Shown here: positions 27,004 to 39,327 of the stretch, in pieces
How positions within the stretch are numbered: the stretch's first letter is position 1
How the letters are laid out: each line of letters opens with the position of its first letter
Origin: Octopus sinensis
Lineage: Eukaryota
Reading direction: 5' to 3'
DNA: 64,000 bases
NCBI RefSeq assembly: GCF_006345805.1
Contig: NC_043010.1
Coordinates: forward strand, 40,734,001 to 40,798,000
The notes under the pieces: generated by a model
The model's database searches: none
Told to the model about the DNA's origin: nothing
Seen by the model: only the letters and a program-made list of their open reading frames with translations
Translations under genes and position numbers: made by a program

Positions 27004-27439
27004 TATATATATAATATATATATATATATATGTAAACGTGGGTGAGCGTAAATAGCTGCACACATACCCCGTTTATTGTTGAATAACCAGTCGATGGAAC
27101 CGTCACATACTAAACAGACAAGAAATAGCAGCCAAAACTTCCTTAAGTTTTCCCTATCTACTGGCAGTAAAATAAATGTGGGGCTTGATGGTTAACGTAA
27201 TCTTTGGCTCCTGAGTATACGGTAAATGATGGAAAGGTCATGGATGGAATACTTTTGATCAATGATCAGCTTCAGGCTAAACAAAAACAAGTAACGCGCG
27301 AAGACACATACGCACGCACTCACGCAGTTTCGCGCGCAAGTAGAGACAATCAGAAAAGCGCGAAAACTGAGATTGACGAACACACGCACACAAACAGCAG
27401 CATAGATTTATACACACACATACATACGCAATATTCTTT

Positions 27440-27829
27440 TATTCTTTTACAGGTTTCAGTCATTTGTCTGCTGCCATGCTAGAGCACCGCCTTTAGTAGA
27501 AACATATAGACCCCAAGATTTATTCTTTGTAAGCCTAGTACTTATTCTATCGGTCTCTTATGCCAAACCGCTAAATTACGGGTACGGAAACACACCAACA
27601 TCAGTTAAGACACGATGGTTTGTGGACAAACACTGACACACAAATAAATACATAGATATGTATTTACATATAAGGGGCTTCTATCAGTTTCCGTTTACCT
27701 TATTCACTCACAAGGCTTTGGTCGACCAGAGGCTTTAGAAGACACCTGTCGAAGCTGCCACTCAGTGGGACTGAAACTGAAAACATGTGGTTGGGAAGCA
27801 AGCTTCTTACTCCACTGCCACTCCTGCGC

Positions 27830-27830
<1 letters not shown>
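27440..27830 (-). mobile_element. SINE family C
   Basis: Reverse match to 34664-35058, including tail GCGGTGCTCTAGCATGGC...ATGACTGAAAC. Confidence 0.85.
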
Positions 27831-27866
<36 letters not shown>

Positions 27867-28159
27867 AATCCAAACGGGAAAACAAAAAACAACAACAATG
27901 GAACAATTACAGTATTATTATTAATAGGCGCTCAGGAAATGGAAGCAGGAAGGTATGACGTTTCGAGCGGAGCTCTTCGTCGGAAACATAAAGAAGGAAG
28001 AGAGAGGAAAGAAAGATCCCAAAGCGGGCAACAGGGATAGAGAAAAAAAACGACTGGTGTTTACGAGTTACACATGGTGAAAGGCGGAAGTTTACGATAA
28101 CAAGAGCAAAGTAGGTTTTTAAAGCCAAAGAGTGGAGACAAGGTTGGTAACGCAACAGA

Positions 28160-30870
28160 TGTGTGTGTATGTGTGAGCGTGTGCGTGTGTGTATGTGTGT
28201 GTGTGAGGCGAGATAAAAAAAACAAAAAATATATGTATGTGTTAGTGTGTGCGTCTGTGTGTAGGCGTGTGAGGTAGGGCGAGACAGTGGTAGGCAAGCA
28301 GACAGTGGTCAGTAGTAAGAAAAAGAAGGAAGGAAAGAGGAAGGGATGGAGGGGAAGGGGTGTGGGGCGTATGTAGCGTGCCAGCGTGTGTTGAGTAGTA
28401 GTGTGTGTGTGGTCCAGTGTCGTGGTAGTATTAATGGCGAGTAGATTGATGTGTGTAAGAGTAGAGTAATGTATATATAAGCAATGTGTGTATATGTGTG
28501 CGCGTGTGTGTAACAAAAAAAGGGGGGGTTAAGGAAAAAGGACTACAGCTGAGGGGAAGATGGAAGAGTGGTCCCGCGGAGACGGGCGTGGGAAAACCCA
28601 ACGACAAGCGACGGTCCCAGGAACGAGCGGGAGGTCTCGTCGGGTCCAAGAGCGAGGTGCATGCGGCGCGTATGCGTGCGCGAACCGGCGCAAGCGCGTG
28701 TGTGCGCGCGCCTGCGAGTATGCGCGTAAGTATGTATGTGTGTGGATGTGTGAGTGTGTCTGTGTGTATGTCTGGGTGTCAGTGTGTCCGATGAATGTAT
28801 GTGAGTATGTGTGTATATATGTGTGTGCATAGATGTATGTCCGTGTGTGTGTGTGTGTGATGTGTGAGTGTGTATGTATGTACGTGTGGGTGTGTGGAAG
28901 TGTGTGTATGTGCATGTGTGTGCGCGTACATACAGGTGTGTGAGGTGTGAGTGTGTGTGTGTGTATGTATGTGTGAGTTGTATTATGTGTGTGTGTAGGA
29001 TGCATGTATGTGTATGGGTGTATGTGTGTGTGTGTATGTATGTATGTGTACGTGCGTGTGTGTGTGTGTATGCGTGTAGGTGCGCGCGTGTGCATGCATG
29101 CATGCATGTGCGTATGTGTGTGTGTGTGCATGTGTGTGGGTATATATGTATGTGCGTATATGTGTGTGTATGTGCGTACATGTGTGTGTTGTGTATGCAT
29201 GTGTGGTATGTAGGTGTGTAGGCGTTGTGTGTATAGGTGTATGTATGTAAGTATGTATGGGTGTGTCCGTGTATGTGTGTGTATGTATGTGTGTGTATGT
29301 AGGTGTGTGGGCGTGTGTATATGTGTGTGTATGTAGGTGTGTGGGCGTGTGTATATAGGTGTATGTATGTATGTCTGGGTGTGTCCGTGCATGTTTGTGT
29401 GTGTGTATGCATGTGTGTATATAGGTGTGTGTGTGTGTGTAATGTATGTGTGTATGCGTGTGTGTGCGTGTGTATGCGTGCGTGTTGTGTATGTAGGTGC
29501 GTGTGTATGGTGTGGGAGTGTAGGTGTGTGTGTGGTGTGCGTGTTTATTGGTGTGGTGTGTGCGTATGTGAGTGTGAGTGTATGGGTGTTGTCATGCATG
29601 TGTGTGCGCGTGCAGGTGAGTGGTGTGTTGTAAGTATGTGTGTGTGTATGTTTGTGTGAGTGTGTATGTGTGTATGTCTGTGTGTATGTATGTGCGTATA
29701 GGAGTATGTAGGTATGTGTGTGTGTATGTGTATGGGGTATGTATGTATGTGTGTGTGTGTGCATGTGTATAAGTATATGTGTGTGTGCGTATGTGTGTGT
29801 ATGTGTATGTGTGTGTGTTTATGTATGTGTGTATGTATGTGTGTAGGCGTGTGTGTGTAGATGTATGTATGTATGGGTGTGTGTCGTGGTGTGTGTTGTG
29901 TGTGTGTAGGTAGGTGTGTGTGTCTGAGTGAGGGTATGGCTGTGTAGGTGTGTGTGTGTATGAATGTAAGTGTGTGTGTGTAAAGTGTAATGTATGTATG
30001 TAGTGTGTGTGTTGTGTGTATGTGTACGTGTGCGTGTGTATGTGTGTGGTGTATGCGTGTGAGTGTGAGTGTATGGGTGTATGTCTGTGTGTGTGTATGT
30101 CTGAAGTAGGTATGTGTGTGTATGTATGTATGTGTGTGTGTGGGGTATGTGTGTGTGTGTGTGTATGTGTGTGTGTGAGTAGGTGTGCGTGTATGTTGGG
30201 GTAGGGATGCATGCGAGTGTGTGGGTATGTATGCATACATACGCACGCGCACATCCGAAGCAAGCCCACACACACGAAGCGCGCTCACGCACACAACGCA
30301 CAAGCAGTACAACGCAAGCCCAAGGGGCCGACCAAGCCCCCAGCGCGCGCCAAGGCGCGCGAGCGCAAAGGCCCTCGAACGCCCCGCTACGCGGGAACCG
30401 AGGATCCATCAGCCAAAACCGGAAAGCAGAAAAGAGGGGGGGCTGCCTGGATGCAAAAAGGTGTATGTGTGTGTGCATTCAGTGTAAGGGTGTGCATGTG
30501 TGGGTATGTATGTATGTGTGTGCCTACATGTATGTGTGCATGTGTGTGTGTGTGAAGTATGTACGTGCGGTGTGTGTGTGTGAGTGTGTGTGTATGTATG
30601 TGCGTATGTATGTGTGTGTATGTATGTGTATGTATTTGTCTGTGTGTGTGTGTGTGGTGTAAGTATGTATGTGTGTGTTGTATGTATGTTGTGTGTGTGT
30701 ATGTGCATGTTGGTTTGTATGTTAGTGTGTGCAGTATGTCTATAAGTGTGTGTGATTAAATGTGTGAATGAATGTTGTACGTAATGGGTCTACGTATGTG
30801 TGTGTGTGTGAACAGGCGTGTGGGAGGTAGGTGGGTGGGTGTGTGTGGGTGGTGTATCGGGGAAAAAAAA
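28160..30870. repeat. 2.7-kb degenerate (GT)n/(GTAT)n tract with GC-rich islands, inside the PLE
   Basis: Irregular GT units; islands at ~28260-28450, 28510-28720 and 30240-30470. Confidence 0.9.
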
Positions 30871-30899
30871 AGGCGGATCTCAAGAGGAGGGGGCTGTGT

Positions 30900-33344
30900 T
30901 AAGTCCGTGTGGGGTGGTAGTTTTTGTAGGGTGAAGATGTAGCGTTGCTCCAAGTGGAGCCTGGAAAGTGGGCGACCATGGTGGGGGGCGAGACCAAACA
31001 CTGAGATGTCATCTAGGGAATGGCCGGCCGAGCGGAAGTGGCGTGCGACGGGAGGAGAGAAAAGAGTGTAGGCGAACGTCCCTCAAGTGTTCAGTGAAAC
31101 GGTCGGACAACCGGCGTCCCGTCTGTCCTACATACAGCATCCCGCATAGGTTGCATTTAATGCAGTAAATAAGGCCAGACGAGGTGCACGTAAAAGAGTG
31201 CCTAATGCGTACAGTATGGGTTGGAGCCGGTGACAGCGGTGGTGGTGTTTGGTGATGAAGGGGCAAGTGTTGCAGCGGGATCTAGAGCAAGGGAATGATC
31301 CGTGTGGGGCTGAGGGGAAGGGAAGGAGAGAGGGTGCTGTGGACCAGGAGGTCACGCAGATTGCGGGCTCGTTTGAAAGAGGACAGGGGTAGGTTAGGAA
31401 AATGGGGCGGGTGGTGGGATCAAGCTGGAGGCGACGGAAGGCACGTAGTATCTTGCGACGAAGGGGTAGGGTAGAGGGGTGGAAAAGGAGGGGGAAGGGG
31501 GGCGGTTGGGGGTGGGGGGAAGGAGACAGGGCGGTAGTGCGGTCGATGCGACGGGCGCGGGTGAGGGCATCAGAGAGGAGTATGGGTGGGTAACCTCGGA
31601 GTCTGAACATGCGGGCCAGGTATTGAGATTGGGTCTCGAAATCCTGGTCGCGGCTGCACAAACGTCGGAGGCGGAGGAACTGGGAGTAGGGGATGGCTCG
31701 TTTGGTGTGGAAGGGGTGGAGGAGAGAAGTTGAGATAGAGGTGGGAATCCGTAGGTTAAAGAAGGCGGTGGTGGTGAGAGAGTTGGAGGGGTGATCGATG
31801 CGGAGAGATGTCAAGGAAGTTGACAGAGGTGTTGGAGATGGTGGAGGTGAATTGAAGAGAGGGTGAAAGTTGGAAGGAAAGAGATGAATTGGCAGAGAAG
31901 TTCACGGGAAAGGGAGGTGGCACCTACGCAGTCGTCGATATAGCGACCGTATAGTTCGGGGGTCGGCCCAGAGAACTGGGAGAACACTTGGGCCTCAATG
32001 TAGCCAAGAAAGAGATTGGCGAAATTGGGGCCCATCCTAGTTCCCATCGCGACCCCGGACACCTGTTGGTACGTTTCCCCGGCGAACGTGAAGCAATTGA
32101 GGGTGAGGACGAGCTCAGCAAACGGAGAAGGGGGGGGGTGCGGGGGGTGGGGTCGGGACGACGGTCGAGGAAGTGTTGGAGGGCTAGGAGACCGTCGTTG
32201 TGGGGAATCACTGTGTACAGGGATTTTACATCTAAAGTGAAGAGGAGGTGTGAGGGGCTGGAAGGGAAGGAAAAGGAATTGAAGAGACGGAGGGCGTGGT
32301 TGGTGTCGTGTATGTGGGATGGGAGGGCTGCGACTAAGGGGACAGAATGCGGTCGAGGTATAGGGAGATGAGTTCAGTGGGGCAATTACAGGCAGAGACT
32401 ATGGGACGGCCAGGATTAGAGGGTTTATGGATCTTGGGAAGGAAGTAGATGGTGGAGGTGCGGGTGTGCGGACGATGAGGTTGGTGGCGGTGGGGGGAGA
32501 GCGGAGGAGGAGATGAGGTCGCGGATGGTGGAGACACTCGCTGTTGGTAGGAGGAGGTGGGATCGGAGGGAGGAGGCGATAGATAGAAGAGGGGATTTTG
32601 AAGCTGGTTGAGCGCTTCCTCCCTGTATAGGTCCGCGCGCCACACTACCACTGCCCCGCCTTTGTCCGCCGGTTTGATGACAATGTCATCACGACGGCGG
32701 AGGTGGCGAAGGGCAATGGATTCGGCCCGAGTGAGGTTGGCTCGGCGGGGTCTTGGTTCAAAGTTGAAACGGTGGACCAAAGCGTTGCAGTCATGTACAA
32801 ACGAATCTAGGCTACTGAAAAGGCCTGGGGGCGGCGTCCAGATGGATGGACGACGCCCCAGCTCCAAAAGGCAATCCTGATTGTTGTGACGCTGCGGGGA
32901 CGCGTGGTAGTATGCGCAAAGTTTGAGGCGGCGCAGGAACAGGTTGACGTCCGCCCGAGTCTCGAACTCATCACAGTGGCGCGTGAGTGGCGTGAAGCGG
33001 AGACCCTTACTGAGGAGGGAGCGCTCAGCGGCGGAGAGGGGGAGGTTGGGGGGTATAGTGACAACAGCGCGAGGAAAGGGGGGTGGTGGAGGACTAGGGG
33101 CAGGCGGAGGGGGTGCAGGGGTGTGAAGGGGAGGGTAGGGGTGGTTGGGTGAAGATGGGTTAGGCGTGGGAAGGTCACGGTGGGGGGTCCGTGGTGGAAG
33201 GGGGGGTAGGGTGCGAAGGAGGGGGGAATAGTGGGGGGGGGTGGGGAAGGGGGTGAGGGGTTGAGGAGGAGCTGGAGTTTTTTGTTTTTTGTGTGTGAGG
33301 TAGTTGTAGAGTTGGTGGTTGAGATTAAGAATGAAGCGGAGGAT

Positions 33345-33347
<3 letters not shown>
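30900..33347 (-). pseudogene. Penelope-like RT + Cys-rich linker + GIY-YIG endonuclease, multiply frameshifted as given
   Basis: IKPADKGGAVVVW, YFLPKIHKP.NPGRPIVS, DVKSLYTVIPH, GVAMGTRMGPNFANLF, RYIDD (31931-31945), IPYSQFLRLRRLCS, PCSRSRCNTCPF, LIYCIKCNLCGMLYVGQTGRRL (31123-31173), LEQRYIFTL. Confidence 0.92.
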
Positions 33348-33378
<31 letters not shown>

Positions 33379-33901
33379 TGTGTTTGTGTGTGTGTGTATA
33401 TTACTGTCTCCTCCCCCACATATGTGATGGCACAGGACCTGAACTTGGGAGGAGAGTGTTGGTCGATTGAATTGCCCCAAGTACTTCACTTGTTCCTCTT
33501 TGTTGTCTTTGCTGGACTTGAACTCAGAATATAGTGTGGCGAGATTAAATATCACCAAGTATTTTCTCTCACGCTCTAACGATTCAGTTTCCTATCGCTG
33601 GAATGGTAATGGTTTCAAAGTTTGGCACAAGTCCAGTAATTTCGAAGCAGGTTGATGTCGAATATATCGACGCTATTTTTCAACTGGTAATTTTATCGGC
33701 CCCGATCAATAAAAATCGAAGTCCACCACGACTGAATTTTGAACTCAGAGCTAAAGACGGACGAAATGCGGCAAAGCATTTTTTCCGTCGTGCTATCGAT
33801 TCTACCAGCTTGCCGCTTTTGCCGTCCCAAAAGTAATAACGTTTTCTAAAGTTAGGCGAAGAGATTAAATCGATACCATAGCGTCTAATATTTCGCATGT
33901 A

Positions 33902-34123
33902 CAGTAATTCCTCCGTTATCGCGGATGTTACGTTCCAGACCCCCTCGCGATAGGTGAAAATCCGCGAAGTAGATACAGTACTGTACTGTATATATTTTTA
34001 ATAACTTTTATAATTTGTATATATTTATTTGGTTATAAATACAAAACACCACCACAGAGAAATCGACGTAAGCTTAAATAATAAACCGCGATAGGTTAAC
34101 CGCGATATAGCGAATGGTTACTG
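33902..34123. mobile_element. Tigger/pogo-like MITE (222 bp)
   Basis: TIRs CAGTAATTCCTCCGTTATCGCGG / revcomp CAGTAACCATTCGCTATATCGCGG; TA at 33900-01 and 34124-25. Confidence 0.8.
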
Positions 34124-34663
34124 TATTGTATTTTATCGTATCGAAGGCATGAAAGTTGACTCGGTGGAATTTGAACTCAGATCACGAACAAATACCAAAA
34201 ATGTATTTCTTCTGGTGCTCTAACGATTCAGCTAGTTGTGGAAATGTCTCAGCTTTTGGCACAGGACCAATAGTTTTAGAATGTTGGGTGTTGAGTGGAT
34301 TAAATCAACTCTCATTTCTTCGCTGCTAGTTTATTTTATCGATCCATGGAAAGGATGAAAAACCAAATTGACCTCTGAACTTAAAGAGCCGGAAGAAATG
34401 ACGCTAAGCATATTGTCTGATGATCAAACGATTCTGCCAATCCACTACCCACAAATAATAAACTCTTATTTTGATGCAAGGCAAGTAATTTTAATGGGAG
34501 GGCTAAAGTAGATTAGCGAAGTAGATTGCATGGATGCCTGCTTTTTACTTTTATCAATAAAATATAATACCAGTCAAGTGCTTGGGTCGACGTAATCCCT
34601 TTGCCCTAAGCTTTTAATATTATTGATCTTGTGGCAAAATTTGAAACTGTTAATAGTATTAGT

Positions 34664-35058
34664 ATAGGAGTAGCTGTGTGGTAAGTAGCTTGCTTACGAA
34701 CCACATGGTTCCGAGTTCAGTCCCACTGCGTGGCACCTTGGACAAGTGTCTTCTACTATAGCCTCGGGCCAACCAAAGTTTTGTTAGTGGATTTGGTAGA
34801 GGGAAACTGAAAGAATCCCGTCGTATATATGTATATATTTGTGTGTGTGTGTGTGTGTCTGTGTTTGTCCCCCTAACATCGCTTGATAACCGATGCTGGT
34901 GTATTTACGTCCCCATAACTTAGCGGTTCGGCAAAAGGGACCGATAGAACAAGTACTAGGCTTACAAAGAATAAGTCCTGGGGTCGATTTGCTCGACTAA
35001 AGGCGGTGCTCCTGCATGGCCACAGTCAAATGACTGAAATAAGTAAAGAAGTAAAGGA
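34664..35058 (+). mobile_element. SINE family C, full length
   Basis: tRNA-like head AGCTGTGTGGTAAG...GAGTTCAGTCCC; CORE-like GCACCTTGGACAAGTGTCTTCTACTATAGCC; internal (TA)(TG) tract; tail GCATGGCCACAGTCAAATGACTGAAA. Confidence 0.9.
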
Positions 35059-35958
35059 GTTAGTTTTTATTTTTGTCCTTGTTTATTAGACACAAGCGCT
35101 TACCTGGTGAAAGAACCACTACAAAAAACAAGATACATACTGAGAACTTAGATAAAAACATTCGAATAATAACACTGACATAAACGTATTTACCTAGATG
35201 GAAGGCGGGGAGTTTTTTGCCTTCATTGTTGATAAATCTGAGTTGTTTATTTTATACTTGTTTTGTGTGTGTTTCTCTGTCTCTCATCGACGTACTTGCT
35301 GTAGAGAAAACCAGGATAAAAAAAAGGCACCACATAAAGCGAAATCACACAACAAACCCAAGGTGCAACGAATAATATTTTAGTAAGCAAGTCAGACATA
35401 CAAACTCACAGCATCGCATATTACATTCACAACACACACACACACACACAGATATATAAATATATGCACATATATATATGGATAGGTATACACATATATA
35501 TATACGCATTTATATAAATAGATATGTATACATATATATGCATATATATATTATATATCTATACATGTATACACACACACACCACACACATAGATACATA
35601 TGCATGTATACACACATACATATACATATATATACACTGATATGTATATATATATATATATATTCACACACATATATACATAAATATATGCATGTATATA
35701 TACATACATATATAGATACATATATTTATATACATACTTACATATATATACATATATTTATATACATGTGTGTGAATGTATGTATGCATGTATGTATGTA
35801 GCGTTTGTTTCGCTGACAAAAACACTTATTTTCCATATTTTCTTTTAACTTTGGAAACTCTTTCTTTCTTATACTTTTGCATTTTTTCTTTTTATCTTTT
35901 ATTTGCCTTTCTACATTCTCTATCATTTTATTTTCCCTTTCACTGTCTTCTCTCTCTG

Positions 35959-35994
<36 letters not shown>

Positions 35995-36125
35995 TTAACT
36001 TATTCTTTCTCTGTCTTTCTAAATTCATATTAAACTCATTCACACTTTCACACTCGGCATTCTCTTTAACTTGAATTTCTCTATACAATTTCCACACACA
36101 CACATGTTCATTTAATATATATAGT

Positions 36126-36470
36126 ATAGGCGCAGGAATGGCTGTATTGTGAGAGACTCACTTCCCAACTACATGGTTTGGGGTTCAGTCCCACTGCGTG
36201 GGACTGAAGTGTCTTCTACCAGGGCAAGTGTCTTCTACTATAGCCTCGGTCCGACCAAAGCTTTATGAATGGATTTGGTAGGCGGAAACGGAAAGAAATA
36301 TGTATGTATTTGTGTTCCTCTACTACCGCTTGACAACGGGCGTTGGTGTGTTTACGTTTCCGTAAACTAGCGGTTCGACCAAAGAGTCCGATAGAATGAG
36401 TACTAGGCTTACAAAGAATAAGTCCACAGGCCGCATTCAAATAACTGAAACAAGTCGAAGAATAAAACAA
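36126..36470 (+). mobile_element. SINE family C
   Basis: Homologous to 34664-35058, with small deletions. Confidence 0.85.
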
Positions 36471-36558
36471 TATATATATATGTGTTTGTGTATGTATATA
36501 TACCTGTGTGTATATGTCTATATAAATGTGTGTGTATAAATACGTATGTTTATGTGCG

Positions 36559-36593
<35 letters not shown>

Positions 36594-36822
36594 ATATCTA
36601 ATATTATATATATATATATATATATATAATATTCCACAGCTATCTAAAGTCAATCTACCTGTAGACAGTCTATATTTGTCTACATATATATATCACTCTT
36701 TTTCTTTCTTTCAATCCCACACGCGTTGTTTCCTCCTTGCTCGCTCGCTCTCTCTTTCTGGTGCTTCTCACACACCGGTCTCTCCACTTAATCTCTCTCT
36801 TAATCGCTCACACGTTCCCTCC

Positions 36823-36859
<37 letters not shown>

Positions 36860-36945
36860 GCACACACACACACACACGCACGTAGTTAGGCCTTCACTGA
36901 TACATACATACAAGAATGAAAGAAACACAGACCTACTTTGTGTCC

Positions 36946-37000
<55 letters not shown>

Positions 37001-37779
37001 GCGCACATATAACTAATTACAGAAAAACACACATAGACGCACCTGTACGCTGCCACAACCATGCGCCGACCAACGCGCAATTACATACAAATAATACGTA
37101 AGAACTTTGATAATCGCTACAGATGTTTGGCACAGTTTAGCAAACGGATTTATAAAAAAATAATGAAAAAAAAAGAAATTCTTGAAAGAAAAATACATAG
37201 TCACTTATACGCGTACACCTATTTCCATTCATTGACCACTAACACTATAATATAACACAATCACACAAGTATATTATATAATATATATATATTTATATAT
37301 ATTATATATATTATATATTATATATACATTATATATACATATATATATATATACAAATAACACATAAATAATATAACATATAACATATCTATATCATACC
37401 TATATAATACATATATATAATATATTTACACATACATATATATAAATATATACATACACATACATATATAATAAATATATATATACACATACATATATAA
37501 TATATAACATACACACATCATATATATAAATATACATACACACATACATATATAAATATACATACACACATACATATATAAATATAAATACACACATACA
37601 TATATAAATATATATACACACACATACATATATATACACTCACACACATACATATATATATACACACACACACACATACATATATATAAATATATATGCA
37701 CACACACATATATATATACATATATATATACACACACACATATATATATATACACACACATATATATAAATATATACAT

Positions 37780-37819
<40 letters not shown>

Positions 37820-37901
37820 CCATATATATATATAAATATACACACACACACACACACTCACGTAATATATATAAATACACACACACACACACACACACCA
37901 T

Positions 37902-37933
<32 letters not shown>

Positions 37934-37985
37934 TATATTATATATATATATATTATATAATATATATATATATATATATAATATA

Positions 37986-38506
37986 ATATTCAATAAAAAT
38001 GGTAAATAATTTTCCTGTGGTTTTTCATGTAACCAACAATTATTTACCGGTAAATTTCGGTATGTAAATACGACAAAATAATTGTCAAGACCTTTGTAAG
38101 GTTCAGTATATAGTAAAGAAAAATAAGTTGGCTAGCAACAAGCTGTTTCGCCTCATACCGAAGGAATAAAAATGGCAGTCAAAGACCGTTTTTTCCATTT
38201 CTATAAGTGGAGATTCCAAAAACTAAGGCCCTTGCGCTCACATACACAAAACCGGAGTGGCAAAATACGAATTCAGTCATTTACCGTTAATATGCGAACA
38301 CGGTGTTTCTGGATCACAAACATATAAAAACAAGGGAGTTGAATTCCGTCATCAGCGCTATATTCGGTAGCTTTATCAATGCCACCAGCCCTCACTTCTG
38401 ACCCAGCGACATCAGATATTGGGGGGAAGTGCGCAGATGTTAAAACTAAGTAACGACCGGGGACGTACATTTTCCCCCAAAATTCTGCCATGCGCGCCTT
38501 CTGATT
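37986..38506 (-). mobile_element. Probable Penelope-like terminal repeat (third family) between (TA)n tracts
   Basis: Minus strand GCG-CTGATGA-CGGA...TCCA-GAAA-CACCGTGT-T-CGC at 38294-38358. Confidence 0.55.
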
Positions 38507-38944
38507 ATATATATATATATACATACATACATACATACATACATACTACATACATACATACATATCTAAATACACATATTTCTTATAGTGAAAAGAACTG
38601 ACATCGATCTATATATGTATACATACATTTAATAATATATACACACACTAGTCTATCAACGCGCATACATGCATATAGACACGTTGATCTATATTCATAT
38701 ACGTGCAAACAGATGCTAATTACACATACGTGCATATATTCATATACATGTGCACTAACATTCATGCATAGCGACACACCGAGCTATACACATCCGTTCA
38801 AACATTCCTCTTTGAATACACGTTTCCATCTATACATATATGCATGCCTCCAACTTTATATGTTGATTTATACATCCATGTATGTACATGCATACAAGCA
38901 CACCCATCCATGTAACCATCTATAAATTCATTTACCAATACATG

Positions 38945-39327
38945 CATAACCACATGGTTCCGGGTTCAGTCCCACTGCGTGGCATCTTGGGCAAGTGTCT
39001 TCTGCTATAGGCCTGGGCCGACCAATGCCTTGTGAGTGGATTTGGTAGACAGAAACTAAAAGAAGCCTGTCGTATATATGTATACATACATATATATGTA
39101 TGTGTGTGTGCGTGTTTGTGTGTCTGTGTCTGTCCCCGTAGCATTGCTTGAAACCGATGCTGGTGTGTTTACGTCCCCGTCACTTAGCGGTTCGGCAAAA
39201 AGAGACCGATAGAATAAGTACTGGGCTTACAAAGAATAAGTCCCGGGGTCGATTTGCTCGACTAAAGGCGGTGCTCCAGCATGGCCGCAGTCAAAAATGA
39301 CTGAAACAAGTAAAAGAGTAAAAGAGT
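38945..39327 (+). mobile_element. SINE family C, low divergence, head truncated
   Basis: Tail GGCGGTGCTCCAGCATGGCCGCAGTCAAAAATGACTGAAACAAGTAAAAGAGTAAAAGAG. Confidence 0.9.

Larger units (their letters stand above)
27862..33347 (-). mobile_element. Penelope-like retroelement (Neptune-type), 5'-truncated, ~5.5 kb
   Basis: RT-GIY-YIG coding region ~30900-33347, then a (CA)-rich 3' region and a terminal repeat with hammerhead (27953-27987); (TA)n at both junctions. Confidence 0.88.
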
